A stretch of DNA of 64,000 nt from the human T2T-CHM13v2.0 reference genome, Homo sapiens: assembly GCF_009914755.1 (NCBI RefSeq), contig NC_060927.1; one strand, written 5' to 3'. Every line of letters begins with the position of its first letter. Within the stretch, counting starts at the first letter, position 1. Position numbers and translations under genes: made by a program. Positions 56,250 to 64,000 of this stretch are shown here, in pieces. Below the pieces are notes generated by a model. It did no database searches. It was not told the origin of the DNA and was given only the letters and a program-made list of their open reading frames with translations.

Positions 56250-59149
56250 TTAGGTTTTTAGGACAAATCTGCCAACAAGAATTTCTCATGTTTCAATCGG
56301 AAACTTTTTTTTTCTTTCCAGTGTTAGGATAGACAACCTTATTTCCTTCCCACAAATGGCAATTCTTTAGATTACTGGAGGGGGGACAGCTTGTCTGTTT
56401 TCTAATTTCAAAAACGAATAATTCCTTTAAAAGCTTCAGATTTTGGTGCTTTTGTCATCTTGCTACAGGGCTCTGGACCCTTGGCCAGTGGCCAGCTTTA
56501 GAAATGGTCATTTAGGAAGCAAGTCTTCCCCAGAGAATGCATGTGCTGAGTTGCTCTCATGTTTGCTGGTGGACAGTTGGTCCCGTGTCCCCAACACCAC
56601 AAAGGCTTTCATGGACAGAGTCCTTCATGGGTAAGAGAAAAAGCTGGGACACATTTTTAAAAAACTTTTAGTACATGTAAAAGTGATGTTCTTTATAAGA
56701 AAAATGTTCTTTATTCATTTTGGAAAAAAAGTAGAGTCCAAATTTACCAAAGTATAAACACTGAGAGACAAAAGCTGTGGAGATATAAAAAACAGAAAAA
56801 CAGGCACTTTGCTTCATGCATATATCAACAAATTTTAAAAATCAAAGACAAACTAAAATTGTCAGTAGGGGTCCTACAGGCAAAAAAGACATCATCTAAA
56901 AAAGAAGTCTTAAGGAGGGAGTGAAAAAGTAAAGATGGACGAGAACAGTGTAAGTAAATGCTGTATATCTTCCTTTAGGTTTTGAGCACCTTTTGGATTA
57001 ATGCCAGAAGAAATCCTTCAAAAGTAAGTGGGTGTGTATGGTCAGGCCTGGCTTATGGGCTTCCCTGCCTTTATAGAAATCATGTCAATTAGTTTCAGCT
57101 TCATGAAACATTAGTCATAAAGGTGTGAAAGCAGTGGTCTAATTGAACCACAGGTAGCTTAATGACTCATTTTAAACACTTTACTCTCACTTTCTCAAGA
57201 AAATAGGAGGCACAATGAAATAAATTGCTAGGCTAAAGCCAAGTATCAAGAATCCTGATATTCAACATAGTTAACCCATAGGGTGGATGTAGAATCTGCA
57301 GCAAAGGCCCAGATCAGGAGCTAAGACTCAGATAGGACTGGATAGATTAGAGAAATCAACCATCTGGGCCAGAGACTTCAATATTGTGAAATAAATAATT
57401 GGCCTTTACAGCTAATGTAGAGACCAGTGCCTACTTGGAATTCTGACAAAGAGAATAAAGTAATTAAAACCAGATTGACCTCTATAGTTTGTCCTGAGCA
57501 GAATCTAACAAAATCCAGCTTCTTTTGTTTACCTGCTCTATCTCCCATGTTGAGTAAGAATATTGTGGTCAAGATGGAAGTGGGTAGTAGGATCTAGCCT
57601 GAAGCGGAGAGTGGAGCAGGAAATGTGGGATGTAAGGATAAGCAGAATTTGCTGAATGCTTTTCAGGAGGATGAAAGAGTACATCAGACAATAATATATA
57701 GTCTTTGTTAGCTTTTCTTTTTATACAATGTTATAGACTTCAAAGAGATTCTATATTCCAAATCTTCACAAGATTTCTCACAAGAATATTTATGTGAAGC
57801 AAGGTACATACAATAAAATTGAGACTCAAGAGATTAAGTTACATGCTCAAAGTCAACTGAATAATAAATAGCACAGCCTGGATAGACTCCAACCCAGAGC
57901 ATCCTGAGTGATTTTTCCCAGGAATCTTTTCATTTTTATGTCTATTTAATTCTGATGTCCCATTCATATGGAGACATATGATATGGACTTCCGTTTGCTA
58001 CCATATAAATAAAGAGCAATATGAAGATGGGATAAGGGAATGTCCAGAATGCCAGAGTCAAACTAGCATCAATAGTGGCAATTATCCAAATGACTGGGGA
58101 GAACACCAGGATCTTAGAAATGGTATTTTAGATGTTACCAAGCAAGGCCATCTAAAGTAAGCCTTCAAAGAGTTCCAGAAGCAAAGAAAACAGATGAAAA
58201 GGCATGAAAACATGAACACTCTAATAACAGTTAAAGTAAATGGGATTGCTCTTGCCAAGACCTATGAACTATATCTGATTGTAGAGAAAAATAAAACAGC
58301 GGGTGAGGTGGTGCATCCATTCTGCAGATATATCTTTCAATAGGGAAGGCAGTTATAAACGAGGTGACTCTCTCTTGATTTCCATGATTTTAATTTTGTG
58401 ACATAATGTGTATTCATTTATATTTTCTATTGAGTATGAGTCCATACACAATTAATGGTTAAATTTTTGAAAATATAAAGATTTTTACTGATAAAATTTA
58501 TCATTCAAGGTTGGGATGCATATACTTTTCGCAGTAAAAGAGCAACAAATTTGTTAGAAAGTAGTTTTAATTGGTATCCTTTAAAAGAACCTTGTAGGAT
58601 CGTGTTACTTCACATATAGGAGAATATTTCTCTAGCTTGTGGCTTCAGTGATACATTTTTTATGGACTGGTTGCCAGTGATTCTCGCCCATGAAATGTAT
58701 AGAGAAGTCTGTTGACACTTCTTATCCTCTCTCTCTTTTACCTGATTTGAAGCAAAAATAGTCATTTTGGAATTAAGAGGAAAAGGACAAGTGAACTTTT
58801 GACTTAATCTTAACATTGTTGAGCTCCTGAGCTAATGAAAGCAACAAGTTCTTACTTTCAGATTTTGCATTCTGTGACTAAACAAAAAAGACTCCCTCTA
58901 TTTTTTAAATTACTTTTTAAAAATACCTAATCAGATATTTTATTAATTGAAACCAAAGGCATTTCTAACTGTACCCTAACTTCCTGTCTTGTTTTCTCTT
59001 TCAGCTTTGTGTCAGTCTTTCTGTTGTGGAGATTTTTTTTTTTTCAGTCTTTTTGTCTGCCTAGCATTTGCATCCCCTTTCTACGTGAGATTAATCTTGG
59101 TGGGAGAAAGAGCAAACTTTAAACTTTAGAAACATTAACTATATAAACT

Positions 59150-59595
59150 ATAAAAACTAAAAATACCAGATACGTTCTCAGCCTGATTTGAAGCAAGGGT
59201 TTGGGCAAATACTTCGGGCTCTCTATATTGGATGCACTCATACCAGTTTTTGAGTAGGAAGTTAGTGACACCAAAAAACACGGGAAGTGACTCATTCTCT
59301 GATAAAGGAAGTGGTTACAGCACAATTGTGTTCCTGATAGATCAGTGACAACATTATCTAGGACACTCAGTGTTCTAGTTTTGTGGGGGCAGAAGTAGTT
59401 TCCTCATCAGCCCAGTTTTGCAGCCTCAATTGGGGCATTGTTCAAGATTCATTGTTCTGAGCAAGATGGTTCCGCTCTCCTGGTGATTCAGAGAGCTACC
59501 TATTAGTTTTTAAAATAAACTCTTTTTTATCCTCCCATTTATTCAGTCATGATTGATTTCTTATTTTGCTTGCAAATAAGGACCTTGCTTGATGT
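59150..59595 (+). mobile_element. Old LTR relic (LTR33-like)
   Basis: Ends 'aataaactctttttt...ttgcttgcaaataaggaccttgcttgat'. Confidence 0.35.
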
Positions 59596-59767
59596 ATTGT
59601 CTATCTCTTAGGCCAAAAGAATAGAGGCCAGAGAAGAGGAGCCAGGCTGGTAGAAACATCTCGCCTTTTCTGCTTGGGTATGCTGTCACCTTTTACAAAT
59701 GAATAAGCATGTTAATAAGCTGACAAGAGAAAGAGAGAGGAAGAAAACACGTAAAAAAATAAAAATA

Positions 59768-60059
<292 letters not shown>

Positions 60060-60853
60060 TCACGGCATTTATGGCTTTAAGGATCTGTGTAAAAAACTAC
60101 TGGTAACACTTCAGGGTATCTTTAATGATATCAATTGATATGTCTCTATCATTCATTCATATATCCTTCATTCAGTAGGTAGCCAGACTCTGTGCTTCTT
60201 GGTCTCAAGGATGTTTTGAGTTTGAAAAAACTGAAGTTTTACTTCCAACCTAGGTTTTCATTTTCTAAGTCTATACTTTTTGATAAAGTTGTGCTAGACG
60301 CCCTTGAAAGAGAGGAGAGAGAGAATGCCTCCTACATGAAATAAAAGAAAAGGGATTACTTTTACTCACAGTGAAGAGTTTCCTTACACCCAGTTTCCTT
60401 ACTCCTAGATCTGGAGATCTGTGATATCTCCAGATAGGAGTGCAAGGACACAGAACCACTGTAGGGATTCCTCAAAGGCCACAGCAGGACCCTGCTAACT
60501 ATCAGTGCTGTGTGGAGGAAGCAAGACTTCAGGAGGAATGTTGGTGGGTTTCAGGCTCGCCAAAGTTTGCTCCATCCTCAGTGTGGTGCACAGAAGCATC
60601 GGTCAGGAAGAAGGCTGGATTTGGAGGGACCCTGTGGAACAGACTCCAGTGTCTAGGTAGTAAACATTGGACAGATGGCCAATGACCCAGGAGCCACCCT
60701 ATGTCATTGTGCTACTAAGACCTTCACATACTTCATTACCCTGGTAGTAGAGGGTCCTCAAGAATTGCTGAGATAGATATTTGACTATCTTGGCAAGAAG
60801 TGGACAAGAAGTAAGTATTAAGTACATTTATAGAAAATAAAGAAATGCATTAT

Positions 60854-61233
60854 TATATTAGTTTGTTAGAGCTGTTGTAACAAAGTATGTGGACCCTATG
60901 GGTTAAACAACAGATATTTATTTTCTCAAAAATATGGTGGCTAGAAGTCCAAGTCAAGTTGTCAGTAGGATGATTTCTCCTGAGGCCTTTCTTGTCTTGT
61001 CTTCTCCCTGTGTGTTTACTGTGTGTGCATGGTCTTTGTGTGTGTGTGTATGTGTCCTAATCTCCATGTTTTAATAAGTACACCACTCATATTGGATTAG
61101 GGCTCCCCCTATGACCTAATTTTTCCTAAATTACCTTTTTAAAGACCCTATCTCTATATACTGTCACACTCTCAGGTACTGTAGTTTAGAACTTTAGCAT
61201 ATAAATTTTGCGGGACACAATTTATTCCATAAC
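60854..61233 (-). mobile_element. MLT1A-like MaLR LTR
   Basis: 'tatattagtttgttagagctgttgtaacaaagta...gggacacaatttattccataaca'. Confidence 0.8.
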
Positions 61234-61319
61234 AATTATATTTTGCCCAACTGAGTTTGAGATTGTGTTCAAGTTTTCTCTATTATGATGTTACAAATTA
61301 TTGTTACTAATAATATAAA

Positions 61320-61460
61320 TAATAATAGCAAATAGGTATTAGGCACTTTTAAAAAACATTTTAGGTGATAACTCATTTAATCCCTGCAATAGTCTAACAT
61401 AAGAGATATATTGTTCACATTTTATTAATCAGAAAGCTGAGGCATAAGATTTCTGTAACA
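61320..61460. mobile_element. MIR SINE fragment
   Basis: 'aactcatttaatcc...gaaagctgaggcata'. Confidence 0.6.
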
Positions 61461-61639
61461 TTTGTAAACACTAGGCTGCACTGTATCCCAATAAAAGTAA
61501 TACAGTAATTACTAAGCATGGAAGGTATGGCATAATTGATCCTCCAGTTGGATCAGAGAAGGGATTTTTGCTCACTATGACCTTTCTCATTTTGTTCTTG
61601 ATTCCTGAAGGTTCTGTCCTATCATTTAACATGGGTAGC

Positions 61640-61887
61640 TGTATTAGTCAGGGTTCTCTAGAAGGACAGAACTAATAGAATACATGTATATATAAAGGGG
61701 AGTTTATTAAGGAGTGTTGACTCACAGGATGACAAGGTGAGGTCCCACAATAGGCCATCTGGAAGCTGAGGAGCAAGGAAGCCAGTCCAAGTCCCAAAGC
61801 TGAAGAACTTGAGGTCCAATGTTCGAGGGCAAGAAGCATCCATCACAGGATAAAGACATAGGCTGGGAGGATAAGCCAGTCTAGGCT

Positions 61888-61934
<47 letters not shown>

Positions 61935-62133
61935 TTCTTCTGCCTGCTTTTATTCTGGCCGCAGTGGCAGCTGATTAGATAGATTGTGCCCACCAGGATT
62001 GAGGATGGGTCTCCTTTCCCAGTCCACTGACTCAAATGTTAATTTCCTTCAGCAACACCCTCATAGATATACCCACAACGACACTTTGCATCCTTCAATC
62101 CAATGAAGTTTACACTCAATATTAATCATCACA
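61640..62133 (-). mobile_element. MLT2A/B-type solo LTR with internal (TTTA)n
   Basis: tgtattagtcagggttctctaga...attaatcatcaca; perfect TSD gtagc. Confidence 0.92.
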
Positions 62134-62180
62134 GTAGCCATTAGTAATGCTAAAATTGGCTGGCTAGGAATTAGAGGTGA

Positions 62181-62496
<316 letters not shown>

Positions 62497-63228
62497 AAAA
62501 TTATCTTCTTTTTTATCGTGGGGTACAGATATTTGGGTCTCTGGTTTCTATGTTATAGATAAAATCATAGTATAGAAATGCTACGAGTCTACAGCCTTAT
62601 TATTATTTTTTTAATTTAATGGGCCTAGATTTGGCTCTGCAATAAAAAGTATTCCCAAACCTCAGTCAGTAAGGGTGCAATCTCCCTTCTGTAGTGGCAT
62701 TTAAAGTCTTATTTTTCAGTCTTAGGGTCCATCCTCGTTGTTCAGTTTGTTTGGTTGTTTTTTTTTTTTTTTGTACTCTTCAGGTTTTGAGTGACTTTAT
62801 TGGGAATTATGTGAGTCAGGGTCTACAAGATATTGATCTAGGACTTATTTCCTTTCTCTAATCATTTCAGGTCAAAGCTCCATTCCACTCTCTGGCTTCC
62901 GTGGAGGAAGGGCTGAACTGTGCCTAGTTATTTTGAGGTTTGGGACAAACCAAAGAATTGAGCATAGTGGTGAATCGTTTTGAAATGAGAGACCTAGCCA
63001 AGGATATGTTCACTTAGTAAGAGGTCACATCTTCTGCAAAATAAAAAAATCAATCAAATCTCTCTCAGTAAAATTGGTTGTTATGTGAAGGCACTGTAAA
63101 GCATAAATAATATGCAAATTGTATTTATTGTTGCTATTATTATTCTACTTCTGTGGTGTAACAATAGTAGCACCTTATGTTTACATACTAGTCACTTTAT
63201 AAAAACTGGGACTAAAAATCAAGAACTA

Positions 63229-63525
63229 CAGTTGACCTTTGAAGAATATAGGTTTGCACTGCATGGGTTTACCTATAATCAGATTTTTTAAAAAAATAAA
63301 TACAATTGGGCTTCTATATTGGCTGATTTGCCACCCACAACCAAACACACGCATTGAAAATACAGTGTTAGCAGGATGTGAAACCTGCATATATGGAGGG
63401 CCAGAGGGGCGACTTTTCGTTTCTGCAGGTTCTACAGGGTTGACTGCCGGACTTGAATATGCACCAGCTTTGGTGTTTGTGGGCAGTCCTGGAACCAATA
63501 CCCCACAGATACCAAGGGATGACAA
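63229..63525 (-). mobile_element. MER8-like TcMar-Tigger MITE
   Basis: ta|cagttgacctttgaa...gtcctggaaccaataccccacagataccaagggatgaca. Confidence 0.8.
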
Positions 63526-63574
63526 TATTTATTTTGAAATAATAATATAAAAACATTTAACACAATGATTATAG

Positions 63575-63750
63575 CAATTCATCTTAATCCTGGCTTCGTA
63601 GTAGAATTGCTAGGAGGCTTCTACATAGTCATGTCTGACTCTATCAAGATTAATTACATCAGTAGCCCTTGAGGTAAGGCCTGAGTATTACTAGTTTTTG
63701 AAACTTCCCAGGTGATTCTAACATAAATCAAGGATTGAGAATCAGTGAGC
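63575..63750. mobile_element. MER5-like hAT-Charlie element
   Basis: 'cttcccaggtgattctaa...ggattgagaatcagtg'. Confidence 0.65.
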
Positions 63751-63759
63751 TATAGGAAG

Positions 63760-64000
63760 AGCTATCAGGCTTAGTCAGCTACCAGCTGCATATAAGTAAA
63801 ACTCCTGAGTAAGAGTGGATTAAATAAAATAAATATTTTTTCTCTTACTTAAAAGAAATCTTGAGGGAGACACCGCAGGGCTGGTGTGGTGGCTCTGTGC
63901 TACTATTAGGAACCCATGCCCATGCCACCTCTTTCTCAGCATGTGACTTCCATTCACAAGATCACCTTGTAGCAAGATTTTTATGTATTTAACCATTATT
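63760..64000 (-). mobile_element. Old MLT1 (J/K/L-like) LTR fragment
   Basis: 'agtggattaaataaaataaatattttttctctt...cagggctggtgtggtggctc'. Confidence 0.5.

Noticed and set aside
58574-58582. Perfect U12-type donor GTATCCTTT (and ATATCCTTT on - near 45211-45219)
   Set aside because: About one such 9-mer is expected by chance in 64 kb on two strands, and no supporting exon is visible.

Overview
AT-rich, repeat-dominated mammalian DNA. It is almost certainly human, because it holds a pristine AluYa5. I can support no intact cellular protein-coding gene or RNA gene, and every ORF I can recognise belongs to a decayed transposable element. Main components: (1) a near full-length L1PA2/L1PA3-type LINE-1 (12025-17524, +) with TSDs, a ~550-nt 5'UTR deletion ending exactly at the known L1 splice acceptor, a 22-nt microhomology deletion in ORF2 and a short 3' transduction; (2) a complete but decayed HERV-L provirus with two MLT2A-type LTRs (26707-33141, -; gag-pro-pol-dUTPase, no env); (3) an older near full-length L1PA7-like element (47408-53103, +); (4) a 5'-truncated L1PB-like element; and (5) many Alus, MaLR/ERVL solo LTRs, MIR/L2 and DNA-transposon relics, often nested. 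The unusual signals are mechanistic rather than a new gene system. They include a possible non-canonical spliced L1, two neighbouring inverted L1s sharing private variants, an orphan polyadenylated retrocopy with TSDs, and several locally templated or snap-back repair scars. Subfamily names come from recalled consensus sequences compared by eye and need Dfam/RepeatMasker confirmation.
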